Assembly: GCF_038024875.1 (NCBI RefSeq)
Contig: NZ_CP136136.1
Coordinates: forward strand, 2,842,293 to 2,866,292
Reading direction: 5' to 3'
From: Gordonia rubripertincta
GTDB taxonomy: Bacteria; Actinomycetota; Actinomycetes; Mycobacteriales; Mycobacteriaceae
DNA: 24,000 bases
The notes under the pieces: model-generated
What the model was told of the DNA's origin: nothing
The model's input: the letters and a program-made list of their open reading frames with translations, nothing else
Databases searched by the model: none
Part shown: piece by piece, positions 10,505 through 18,291 of the stretch
Numbering within the stretch: position 1 is the stretch's first letter
How the letters are laid out: every line of letters starts with the position of its first letter
Position numbers and translations under genes: made by a program

Positions 10505-11656
10505 GTGCGGGTGCTCCGCAGACTCCTGACCGCCGTGGTGACGTTCGTCGTCGCCGTGCTCGTCGGCGTCGGGTCGCTCGCCTCGACGCCGCCGTCGTCG
10601 GCAGCGGCCCCCGACAACGGATTCGTCTTCACCACCACCGACGTCCCCGACGACCAGCTCCCGTCGGCCGCGGCAGCCGGCACCCGTCTGACCTACGCGA
10701 CGCGGGATCAGCGTGGCCGTCCGGCGATGGCGACCGGCATCTACTGGGTCCCGCGCGGCACACCGCCGGCCGGGGGCTGGCCGGTGGTCTCCTGGGCGCA
10801 CGGCACCGTCGGTATCGCCGACGAGTGCGCACCGACGAAGCATCGGCTGGGGGACGGGGTCGAGGCACCCGTCCGAGCCGCGCTCGACGCCGGTTACGCG
10901 GTGACCGCCACCGACTACGCCGGACTCGGATCGGCCGGGGAGACCGACTATCTCGGCGGTGCCGCCGCGGCGTACTCGGTCATCGACATGATCCGTGCGG
11001 CACGCTCGGTCGACGCTGCGCTCGGCAGCTCCTGGGTGTCCGTCGGACATTCCCAGGGCGGTCACGCGGCTCTGCATGCGGCGCACCGGCAACCGGCGTA
11101 TGCCCCCGAACTCCCGGTCAAGGGTGCGGTCGCGATCGCCCCGGTCTCGTCCCTGGAGAACCTGTTCGGTCTCTTCGGACCCCGGATTCCCGGGCTCGGC
11201 GCCCTGAACGTGCTGAGCGCCCCGTTCCTCTACACCCTCGCGGGCCTCGACCATTCGCAGCCGGATCTGAAGATCGGGGACTTCCTCACCGACAGCGGCA
11301 AGCGGTTCCTGGACCGGTCCCGCGCCCGCTGCAACGGCGACGTCGTCGCCGCGCTGCGGTCGGTGTCGCCGGGATCGCTTGTCGCGTCGTCGTTCACGAA
11401 GGACCAGAAGTTCCGCGACGCGCTGCAGGCCTACGCCGAGGTCCCCACCGCCGGCTACCCGGCGAAGGTCACCATCGCCCACGGCATGCTCGACCCGATC
11501 CTGCCGTACCCGCTGAGCCGTTCGCTGCGGTCGTCGATGGAGCGGGACGGCACGACCGTCGACCTGAAGACCTACGCCCGCGCCGACCACAGCAGCGTCG
11601 TCGACGGGTCACTGCCCGACGTCATGACCGCCATCCGGGAAGCCTTCGGACGGTAG
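10505..11656 (+). CDS. secreted alpha/beta-hydrolase, secretory-lipase (LIP) family-like
   Basis: 383-aa ORF with an N-terminal signal peptide (MRVLRRLLTAVVTFVVAVLVGVGSLASTPPSSAAAP) and the nucleophile elbow GHSQGG. The overall layout (WAHGT..DECAPT, then GHSQGG, then a C-terminal Asp/His region ending ...ARADHSS) resembles secreted lipases. Confidence 0.7.
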   Translation: MRVLRRLLTAVVTFVVAVLVGVGSLASTPPSSAAAPDNGFVFTTTDVPDDQLPSAAAAGTRLTYATRDQRGRPAMATGIYWVPRGTPPAGGWPVVSWAHGTVGIADECAPTKHRLGDGVEAPVRAALDAGYAVTATDYAGLGSAGETDYLGGAAAAYSVIDMIRAARSVDAALGSSWVSVGHSQGGHAALHAAHRQPAYAPELPVKGAVAIAPVSSLENLFGLFGPRIPGLGALNVLSAPFLYTLAGLDHSQPDLKIGDFLTDSGKRFLDRSRARCNGDVVAALRSVSPGSLVASSFTKDQKFRDALQAYAEVPTAGYPAKVTIAHGMLDPILPYPLSRSLRSSMERDGTTVDLKTYARADHSSVVDGSLPDVMTAIREAFGR

Positions 11657-11674
11657 GGGCTCCGACACGGCGGG

Positions 11675-13480
11675 TCACTCGATGGCTTCGCCGAGCTCCA
11701 TCCAGCGTTCCTCGATCTCGGCGAGTTCGGATTCCATCTCCCGGATGCGTTCGGTCTCGGCGGAAAGGCCCTGGTAGTCGGACTGGTCGTGGTCGGCGAG
11801 TGCGGTGCGGGCCTCGTCGATCTTGCTGTGCAACTTGTCGATTCGACGTTCCAGTGACGCCAGCTCCTTGTTCGCCGCCCGCAGTTCCGCGCCGCTGAGC
11901 GCAGAGGCGGATTCGCTCGACGACCCGCCGGACCCCGACGCCGGCGCGGAAGCCGATTCCTTCTGTTGAGCCGCACGGAGTTTCAAGAACTCGTCGACGC
12001 CGTTGGGGAGATGACGCAGCTTGCCGTTCATCACGGCGAACTGCTGGTCGGTGACACGCTCGAGGAAGTACCGGTCGTGCGAGACGACGATGAGGGTGCC
12101 CGGCCAGGAGTCCAGGAGATCCTCGAGGGCAGCCAGCATGTCGGTGTCGAGGTCGTTGGTCGGCTCGTCGAGGATCAGCACGTTCGGGGCGTCGAGCAGG
12201 ATGAGCAGCAGCTGCAGACGACGCTTCTGGCCGCCGGACAGGTCCTTGACCGGGGTGGACAGCTGGGCACTGTCGAAGCCGAGGCGTTCGAGCAGCTGTG
12301 AGGGGGAGAGCTCCTGCGCCTTCGAGCCGGAGCCGAAGGTGTAGGTGGTCTGGAGGTCGGCGATCACCTTCCGGACCGGGTCGTCGAGGAAGCGGTTCAG
12401 GTCGTCGAGCCGCTGGGTGAGAGTGGCGACCTTGACGGTCTTGCCGCGCTTGACCTTTCCGCCGGTCGCCTCGACCGTGCCCGCGATGAGCCCGAGCAGC
12501 GTCGACTTGCCTGCGCCGTTCACCCCGAGGATGCCGGTCCGTTCACCCGGGGCGAGGCGCCATTCGACTCCGTCGAGGACGTTGCGGTCGCCGTAGGAGA
12601 CCGACACGTCGATGAGGTCGACGACGTCTTTGCCGAGGCGGGCGGTGGCCAGCGACTGGAGAGCGACCTTGTCGCGGACGGGCGGGACGTCGGCGATGAG
12701 GGCGTTGGCCGCGTCGACACGGAACTTCGGCTTGGAGGTACGGGCCGGTGCGCCGCGACGCAGCCAGGCGAGTTCCTTCCGCGCCAGGTTCTGGCGGCGT
12801 GCCTCGATGGTCGCGGCCTGCCGGTCACGCTCGACGCGCTGCAGGATGTAGGCGGCGTAACCGCCCTCGAAGGGTTCGACGATCCGGTCGTGAACCTCCC
12901 AGGTGACCGTGCACACCTCGTCGAGGAACCAGCGGTCGTGGGTGACGACCAGCAGGCCGCCGGCGTTGGCGGGCCAGCGGCGTTTGAGGTGATCGGCCAG
13001 CCAGGTGATGGCCTCGACATCGAGGTGGTTGGTGGGCTCGTCGAGCGCGAGGACATCGTGGTCGCCCGCCAGGAGCCGGGCGAGCGAGACGCGCCGGCGC
13101 TGACCGCCGGACAGGGACCCGGTCGTCGCATTCCAGTCGACGTCGCCGAGTAGTCCGCCGATCACGTCGCGGACCTTGGCGTCGCCCGCCCATTCGTGTT
13201 CGGGACGGTCGCCGACGACGGCGTGCCCGACGGTCTCGTCGTCGTCGAAGCGGTCGACCTGGTCCAGGACGCCGACCCGCACCCCGCCGCGGACGGTGAC
13301 GCGTCCCGAATCGGGTTGCTTGCGCCCGGCGAGCATCGCCAGCAGGCTCGACTTGCCGTCGCCGTTGCGCCCGACGATGCCGATCCGGTCGCCCTCGTTG
13401 ACGCCGAGGGAGACCGAGTCGAAGACCTTGGTCGTCGGGTATTCCAGACCTAGGGTTTCCGCGCCGAGAAGATGAGCCAC
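11675..13480 (-). CDS. ABC-F family ATPase (Uup-like; two ABC domains plus a C-terminal coiled coil)
   Basis: 601-aa ORF with a GTG start. It has two Walker A sites (GRNGDGKS, GVNGAGKS), two ABC signatures (LSGGQRRR, LSGGQKRR), an inter-domain linker, no TM domain, and a C-terminal coiled coil (ELRAANKELASLERRIDKLHSKIDEAR...). Confidence 0.9.
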   Translation of the reverse strand: MAHLLGAETLGLEYPTTKVFDSVSLGVNEGDRIGIVGRNGDGKSSLLAMLAGRKQPDSGRVTVRGGVRVGVLDQVDRFDDDETVGHAVVGDRPEHEWAGDAKVRDVIGGLLGDVDWNATTGSLSGGQRRRVSLARLLAGDHDVLALDEPTNHLDVEAITWLADHLKRRWPANAGGLLVVTHDRWFLDEVCTVTWEVHDRIVEPFEGGYAAYILQRVERDRQAATIEARRQNLARKELAWLRRGAPARTSKPKFRVDAANALIADVPPVRDKVALQSLATARLGKDVVDLIDVSVSYGDRNVLDGVEWRLAPGERTGILGVNGAGKSTLLGLIAGTVEATGGKVKRGKTVKVATLTQRLDDLNRFLDDPVRKVIADLQTTYTFGSGSKAQELSPSQLLERLGFDSAQLSTPVKDLSGGQKRRLQLLLILLDAPNVLILDEPTNDLDTDMLAALEDLLDSWPGTLIVVSHDRYFLERVTDQQFAVMNGKLRHLPNGVDEFLKLRAAQQKESASAPASGSGGSSSESASALSGAELRAANKELASLERRIDKLHSKIDEARTALADHDQSDYQGLSAETERIREMESELAEIEERWMELGEAIE

Positions 13481-13512
13481 GCCGACCAGGTTAGTGACCG
13501 GTCATGTGCGAG

Positions 13513-14409
13513 CTACCGGCGGATCGCGCCGTTGATCATCATGGCGATCGCGAATGCTCCCGCCTGGTTGACGTGATACGGCATCGCGATCCGGTTCGAC
13601 AGCGCGCTCTCGTACCAGGGAGTGATCAGATTGCACGGATCGTGGCCGAGGGACCCGCGATTGGCGTCGACGAAACGGCCCTCGACCTTGGTCGTCGCCC
13701 GCAGCAGGGCGTCGTTGGCGCGGTAGAAGACCTGCCGCATCCAGCGGGCGTCGGGATCGCTGAGCGGGATCAGCGGCCAGCACCCGCTGTTGCCGATGAA
13801 CCCGCCCAGGCCGACGACGATGATCTGCGCGCGGGGTGCCTTCTTGCGGATTGCCCGCAGTGCCGGGGTGACGCGTTCCTCCATGCGCTGCACGCGCCAC
13901 CGGACCTCGTTCTCGAGCCGCGGATTGCTCCGGCAGCGTCGGTCGGTGAGCGGCTGGCTGATCTTGCACTGCGAGAGGATCGCGGCCCACTGCATGTCGT
14001 TGCCGCCGATGCTGACGGTGATGAGCTGGGCGTCGCGGGGGACCAGGTTCAGCTGCACCGTCTTCGCGCCACGCGGGGTGTGCTGCACGGCGCGATACAG
14101 GTGCGCCGACTGCGCCCCGGCACACGAGATGTCGACGAAGCGTCTCGGCAGCGTCATCGCCGCCACGTACTTCGGATAGTTGAGGGCCGACCGTTTGCAG
14201 CCGTCGAAGTAGCCCGGCGTCGGCGTGAAGAACCCGCCCGACGCGCGCGAGTCGCCCATCGCGATGTACGGGCCGCCGGTGTAGCGGGCGGGCGCCGCCT
14301 GCGCGGGGGATGCGGTCGCGGCCACCAGGGCCGTCACGAATGCGGTGATCAAGACCGCCGCCAGGACGCGTACCCCGCGTTTAGACTCCCGCACCAACTG
14401 TTCCCGCAC
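13513..14409 (-). CDS. secreted SGNH/GDSL-family hydrolase (lipase/esterase)
   Basis: 298-aa ORF with a signal peptide (...VLAAVLITAFVTALVAATASPAQAAP), block I IAMGDSRASG (catalytic Ser), block III SIGGNDM and a C-terminal DP..H-type region (LGHDPCN..). The start is GTG 14409 or GTG 14394. It lies 32 nt upstream of the ABC-F gene on the same strand. Confidence 0.75.
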   Translation of the reverse strand: MREQLVRESKRGVRVLAAVLITAFVTALVAATASPAQAAPARYTGGPYIAMGDSRASGGFFTPTPGYFDGCKRSALNYPKYVAAMTLPRRFVDISCAGAQSAHLYRAVQHTPRGAKTVQLNLVPRDAQLITVSIGGNDMQWAAILSQCKISQPLTDRRCRSNPRLENEVRWRVQRMEERVTPALRAIRKKAPRAQIIVVGLGGFIGNSGCWPLIPLSDPDARWMRQVFYRANDALLRATTKVEGRFVDANRGSLGHDPCNLITPWYESALSNRIAMPYHVNQAGAFAIAMMINGAIRR

Positions 14410-14576
14410 TTTCCCACGTCCCGACCCACTGAATTCGCTCAGCGAATATTAAGGCAAGCAGATCACGTCCGTACGCAGAGTGCGTCATCGGTGCTGCCTC
14501 TCGGCACTCATTTCGCGCTCGGCGGGAGCATCGTTACGGCCGGAACCAGCAAAGGCTCAGGTGCGTCCAAGAATGC

Positions 14577-15461
14577 ATGACGATTCCGACCGCGCTCCGC
14601 ACCCTCGCCCTCGCGCACGACGGCGTGGTCACCGTCGGCGACGCGCGCGAGCGCGGTCTGAGCAACGGCGCGATCGCGCGTCGGGTGAAGTCTGGAGAAT
14701 GGGTGCGCGAGGCGCACGGTATCTACCGCCTGGCGGATCACCCGGTCACCAACCGCACACGAATTCGGATCGCGACTTTGTCGGTGTCTCACGACGCGGT
14801 ACTGAGCGGAATGGCAGCAGCGTGGTGGCACGGTGTGGTGACCAAACCGCCCGCCGTTGTCACCGTCACCGGTCCGAAGAGCTGGAAGCGGGCGACGGTC
14901 AAAGGCAGGAAGGTCGTCCGGCGAACCCTCGACGACGCTGACGTCGTCGACCAAAAGGGGCTCCGCGTGACGGCGCTCCCACTGTCGGTTCTAGAGGGCG
15001 CCGTCGAGGGAAATATGGACGTCCTCGACCGAGCGCTGCAGCGCGAGAAGGTGACTGTCGACGCGCTGGTCGAGACGTTTCAGCGTCGTCGTAAGTGCAA
15101 GGGCGCCGCGGAGATGGCGAAAATGCTGGTTCTCGTCGGGTCGGGTGCCCGGTCCGCGGCGGAGCGGCTGGCGGTCGACGCGTTCGAGCAGCACGGAATC
15201 ACCGGCTGGATCGCCAACCATCCCGCGGCGGGCTATGTCATCGACTTCGCTTTCGAGAGTGGGAAAGTCGCTGTCGAGATCGACGGAATGGCGTACCACC
15301 GCGATGCGGAAGTCTTCCGGAGTGACCGAAAGCGCCGCAATACACTCATCGCCGCGGGCTGGACCGTCCTCAACTTCACCTGGGCAGACCTGGTGGAGCA
15401 GCCGGGTTACGTTGCAGCGCAGGTCAAGTACGCCCTACGTCAGAATCAGAGTGCGTCCTGA
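14577..15461 (+). CDS. AbiEi-like N-terminal wHTH domain fused to a DUF559 (Vsr-like / PD-(D/E)xK endonuclease-fold) domain; function unknown
   Basis: 294-aa ORF. The N-terminus HDGVVTVGDARERGLSNGAIARRVKSGEWVREAHGIYRL fits the AbiEi_4-type wHTH pattern. The C-terminus YVIDFAFESGKVAVEIDGMAYHRD...RKRRNTLIAAGWTVLNFTWADL fits the DUF559 D..(E)xDG..H pattern. It is the only + strand gene among minus-strand neighbours and has more A/T-ending codons than nearby genes. Confidence 0.75.
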   Translation: MTIPTALRTLALAHDGVVTVGDARERGLSNGAIARRVKSGEWVREAHGIYRLADHPVTNRTRIRIATLSVSHDAVLSGMAAAWWHGVVTKPPAVVTVTGPKSWKRATVKGRKVVRRTLDDADVVDQKGLRVTALPLSVLEGAVEGNMDVLDRALQREKVTVDALVETFQRRRKCKGAAEMAKMLVLVGSGARSAAERLAVDAFEQHGITGWIANHPAAGYVIDFAFESGKVAVEIDGMAYHRDAEVFRSDRKRRNTLIAAGWTVLNFTWADLVEQPGYVAAQVKYALRQNQSAS

Positions 15462-15493
15462 GTGCTGGAAAACAGCACTCAGGACGCACTCTG
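15447..15493. terminator. perfect 21-bp stem / 5-nt loop palindrome between convergent genes (candidate bidirectional terminator)
   Basis: cagagtgcgtcctgagtgctg-gaaaa-cagcactcaggacgcactctg: the two arms are exact reverse complements. The left arm contains the last codons and the TGA (15459-15461) of the DUF559 gene. The acyl-CoA dehydrogenase stop is 16 nt to the right. Confidence 0.55.
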
Positions 15494-15508
15494 GAAAAGC
15501 GGGGTGCG

Positions 15509-16666
15509 CTAGAGCCCCAGATCCTTCGCGATGATCGTCTTCATGACCTCGCTGGTGCCGCCGTAGATGCGCGTGACGCGGGTGTCGGCGTAGAGGCGGG
15601 CGATCGGGTACTCGAGGACGTAGCCGTAGCCGCCGTGCAGCTGCAGGCACTTGTCGATGACCTTGCCCGCGGTCTCGGTCGCGAACAGCTTGGCGCGCGC
15701 CGCGTCGGGAACGGTCAGTTCGCCCTCGTTGTGCAGCTCGAGAGCACGGTCGACGATGGCGCGGATCGCCTCGACCTCGGCCGAGCACTCGGCGAGCACG
15801 AACTTGGTGTTCTGGAACGCCGCGACCGGCTTGCCGAAGACGTCACGTTCCTTGGTGTAGGCGATGGCGTGCTGGACGGCCGCGGCGGCGGTGGCCGACG
15901 CGCCGATCGCGATGGTCAGACGCTCCTGCGCGAGGTTGTGGCTCAGGTACTTGAAGCCGGCGCCCTCCTCGCCGAGGAGATCCTCGACCGGCACCTTGAC
16001 CGAGTCGAAGGACAGCTCCGCGGTGTCCGACGCCTTGAGGCCGATCTTCTCGATCTTGCGTCCCACCGCGAAACCCTCGGCCTTGGTGTCCACCACCAGG
16101 ATCGAGAGGCCCGCGCGACGGTTCTCGGGATCGAACGGGGTGGTACGGGCGACGACGAGGATGCGGTCGGCGAGGGCGCCGCCGGTGATGAAGGTCTTCG
16201 CGCCGTCGAGCACGTAGTGGGAGCCGTCCTCGGACAACTTCGCGGTGGTGGCGATGTTCGCGAGGTCCGAGCCGGTGCCGGGCTCAGTCATCGCGATCGC
16301 GAACATGAGGTCGCCGGAACAGAATCCGGGGATCCAGCGCTCCTTCTGCTCCTGGGTCCCGTACTCCATCAGGTAGGGGAGGATCAGGTTCGAGTGCACC
16401 GAGTAGCTGCCGAAGGTGACGCCGGCCGCGGAGGTCTCCTCGGCGATCACCAGTGAGTAGGTGAAGTCGCTGACGCCACCGCCGCCGAACTCCTCGGGGG
16501 CCTCGATGCCCAGGACGCCGAGATCGCCGAGCCGGTTGTAGAACTCGCGCGGGGGATGCCCCTGCTTCTCCCAATCGTGGTAGACGGGCGTGACCTCCTT
16601 GGCGATGAAATCCCGGATCGTCTTGCGGAAGGCCTCGTGGTCCTCGGTGAAGATGCGACGCTGCAT
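15509..16666 (-). CDS. acyl-CoA dehydrogenase (LCAD/IVD-type catalytic-base layout)
   Basis: 385-aa ORF with the typical ACAD fold pattern (FAIAMTEPGTGSD, ...GGYGY..EYPIARLYADTRVTRIYGGTSEVMKTIIAKDLGL). An AGGAA Shine-Dalgarno sequence lies upstream of the ATG (complement of 16664-16666). Confidence 0.9.
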   Translation of the reverse strand: MQRRIFTEDHEAFRKTIRDFIAKEVTPVYHDWEKQGHPPREFYNRLGDLGVLGIEAPEEFGGGGVSDFTYSLVIAEETSAAGVTFGSYSVHSNLILPYLMEYGTQEQKERWIPGFCSGDLMFAIAMTEPGTGSDLANIATTAKLSEDGSHYVLDGAKTFITGGALADRILVVARTTPFDPENRRAGLSILVVDTKAEGFAVGRKIEKIGLKASDTAELSFDSVKVPVEDLLGEEGAGFKYLSHNLAQERLTIAIGASATAAAAVQHAIAYTKERDVFGKPVAAFQNTKFVLAECSAEVEAIRAIVDRALELHNEGELTVPDAARAKLFATETAGKVIDKCLQLHGGYGYVLEYPIARLYADTRVTRIYGGTSEVMKTIIAKDLGL

Positions 16667-16703
16667 TGTGGTTCCTAAGGTGTTGGTGAAGAAGAGGATT
16701 GGG

Positions 16704-17900
16704 TTACTGCTCGCGGTACTCGCGCAGGAGTCCCTTGGAGATGATCTGCTTCTGGATCTCGCTGGTGCCCTCGCCGATGAGCAGGAACGGCGCGTCGCGC
16801 ATCAGACGTTCGATCTCGAATTCCTTGGAGTACCCGTAGCCGCCGTGGATGCGGAACGACGCCTGGGTGACCTCGGCGCAGTACTCGCTGCACAGGTACT
16901 TCGCCATCCCGGCGGCGACGTCGTTGCGTTCGCCGGAATCCTTCAGCCGGGCGGCGTTGACCATCATCAGATGCGCGGCCTCGACCTTGGTCGCCATCTC
17001 GGCCAGCGAGAACGCGATGGCCTGGTGTTCGGCGATGGGCTTGCCGAAGGTCGAGCGCTGCTGGGCGTACTTCACGCCGAGTTCGAAGGCACGCTGGGCG
17101 ATTCCGCACGCCCGCGCGGACACGTTGACGCGGCCGACCTCGACCCCGTCCATCATGTGCGCGAAACCCTTGCCGGGCACGCCGCCCAGGATGTCGGTGG
17201 CCGGCGCGCGGTATCCGTCGAAGATGAGTTCGGTGGTGTCGATTCCCTTGTAGCCCATCTTGTCCAGCTTGCGGGGAATGGTCACGCCCGGCACGACCTC
17301 GCCGAATCCGGCGGGCTTCTCCACCAGGAAGGTGGTCAGGTTCTTGTGCGGGCGTTCCTGACCCTCCTCGGTACGGACAAGTGCCGCAACCAGAGTCGAC
17401 GACCCGCCGTTAGTCAGCCACATCTTCTGGCCGGTGATGACGTAGTCGCCGTCGGCGTCGCGCTTGGCGGTCGTCTTGATCGCGGCGACGTCGGAGCCGA
17501 GTTCCGGTTCGGACATCGAGAAGGCGCCGCGGACCTCGCCGGTGGCCATCCGCGGCAGGAAACGCTGCTTCTGCTCGTCGGTTCCGTGCTGGCGCAGCAT
17601 GTACGCGACGATGAAGTGGGTGTTGATGACACCCGAGACGCTCATCCAGCCGCGGGCCAGTTCCTCGACGCACAGTGCGTAGGTGAGCAGCGATTCGCCG
17701 AGGCCGCCGTACTCCTCGGGGATCATTAGGCCGAACAGTCCCATCTCGCCCATGCCGTCGACGATGGCTTGCGGATATTCGTCCGCATGCTCGAGTTCCT
17801 GCGCATTCGGGATGATCTGTTTGTCGACGAAAGATCGCACGTTGGCGACGATCTCGGTCTGGATCTCGGTGAGGCCCAAGGTCTGCGCGAGACGGGTCAT
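16704..17900 (-). CDS. acyl-CoA dehydrogenase (MCAD-type catalytic Glu)
   Basis: The real product starts at MTRLAQTLGLTEIQTEIVANVRSFVDKQIIP..., 398 aa in total. It contains GAFSMSEPELGSD, IHGGYGYSKEFEIERLMRDAPFLLIGEGTSEIQKQII, and a GGGAGAG Shine-Dalgarno sequence upstream of the ATG (complement of 17898-17900). The 479-aa track ORF is over-extended into the intergenic region. Confidence 0.9.
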   Translation of the reverse strand: MTRLAQTLGLTEIQTEIVANVRSFVDKQIIPNAQELEHADEYPQAIVDGMGEMGLFGLMIPEEYGGLGESLLTYALCVEELARGWMSVSGVINTHFIVAYMLRQHGTDEQKQRFLPRMATGEVRGAFSMSEPELGSDVAAIKTTAKRDADGDYVITGQKMWLTNGGSSTLVAALVRTEEGQERPHKNLTTFLVEKPAGFGEVVPGVTIPRKLDKMGYKGIDTTELIFDGYRAPATDILGGVPGKGFAHMMDGVEVGRVNVSARACGIAQRAFELGVKYAQQRSTFGKPIAEHQAIAFSLAEMATKVEAAHLMMVNAARLKDSGERNDVAAGMAKYLCSEYCAEVTQASFRIHGGYGYSKEFEIERLMRDAPFLLIGEGTSEIQKQIISKGLLREYREQ

Positions 17901-18010
17901 GGTGGTGAGTTCTCTCCCGTGAATGGGCGGTGCGGGTCGCACCGACGGCCGGATGTGGGACGCAACATAACCAAGCATGCCGTCCGGCGTCCGCCGGAAG
18001 TAGACGCGAT

Positions 18011-18109
18011 GCGCTAAGGGTGCGATAGCGCGGGCCAATGATCCACGACCGTCTCCGGACGCGGATCGGACAGTGTTCGCGCCTAACCCTCCGATAGGGC
18101 TGACCAATG
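18011..18109. promoter_or_regulatory. spaced direct repeat (two copies) in the divergent ACAD / MFS control region; candidate operator pair
   Basis: Copy X (18011-18040) reads gcgc-taa-gggtg-cgatag-cgcggg-ccaatg. Copy Y (18079-18109) reads gcgcc-taa-ccctc-cgatag-ggctga-ccaatg. The blocks TAA-N5-CGATAG-N6-CCAATG keep identical spacing, and the copies lie 68 nt apart. Confidence 0.35.
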
Positions 18110-18291
18110 CGGCCTGTTCACGGCGTTGTGACCCCTGACACATAGGCAGCGACAGTCGGAGCCTTCATCGAGCGCCTGTTGCGGCGACGGGAACGCGCCC
18201 CGTTCAATCGGGTGCAGATGTGATCCACCCCACTGGATTCGTATCGTCCCCCGACCCCCGATTCCATTCCCCCTGGAAGAGGTACACCCCT

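Noticed and set aside
10292-11590. Long antisense or out-of-frame ORFs in the track, e.g. 10292-11590(-) 432 aa, 20386-21435(-) 349 aa, 4271-5218(-) 315 aa, 6490-7749(-) 419 aa, 9490-10683(-) 397 aa, 1043-2026(-) 327 aa and 18438-19673(+) 411 aa.
   Set aside because: All lie opposite to or out of frame with genes that have clear family signatures. Their translations are Arg/Pro/Gly/Ala-rich and low-complexity, as expected from the absence of stop codons in non-coding frames of high-GC DNA. None shows a recognisable domain pattern.
11675-13480. ABC-F protein as an antibiotic-resistance (ARE-type ribosomal protection) determinant.
   Set aside because: Its length, C-terminal coiled coil and position next to ispE in a core-genome context fit a housekeeping Uup-like ABC-F. 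Nothing in the sequence that I can evaluate by eye (for example an extended ARD linker) supports a resistance call.
14480-14941. ORF 14480-14941(+) (153 aa), starting in the upstream palindrome copy, as a possible small partner (toxin or antitoxin) of the DUF559 gene.
   Set aside because: It is out of frame with, and almost entirely overlaps, the DUF559 CDS. Its translation is Arg-rich and low-complexity with no domain pattern. It is a typical alternative-frame artefact.
15509-17900. The two adjacent ACAD genes as a heteromeric alpha2beta2 FadE pair (as in steroid side-chain degradation), in which one subunit lacks the catalytic base.
   Set aside because: Both proteins appear to retain a plausible catalytic glutamate: one at the MCAD-type position and one in the IVD/LCAD-type ERL context. 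Both are full-length, which favours two independent enzymes.
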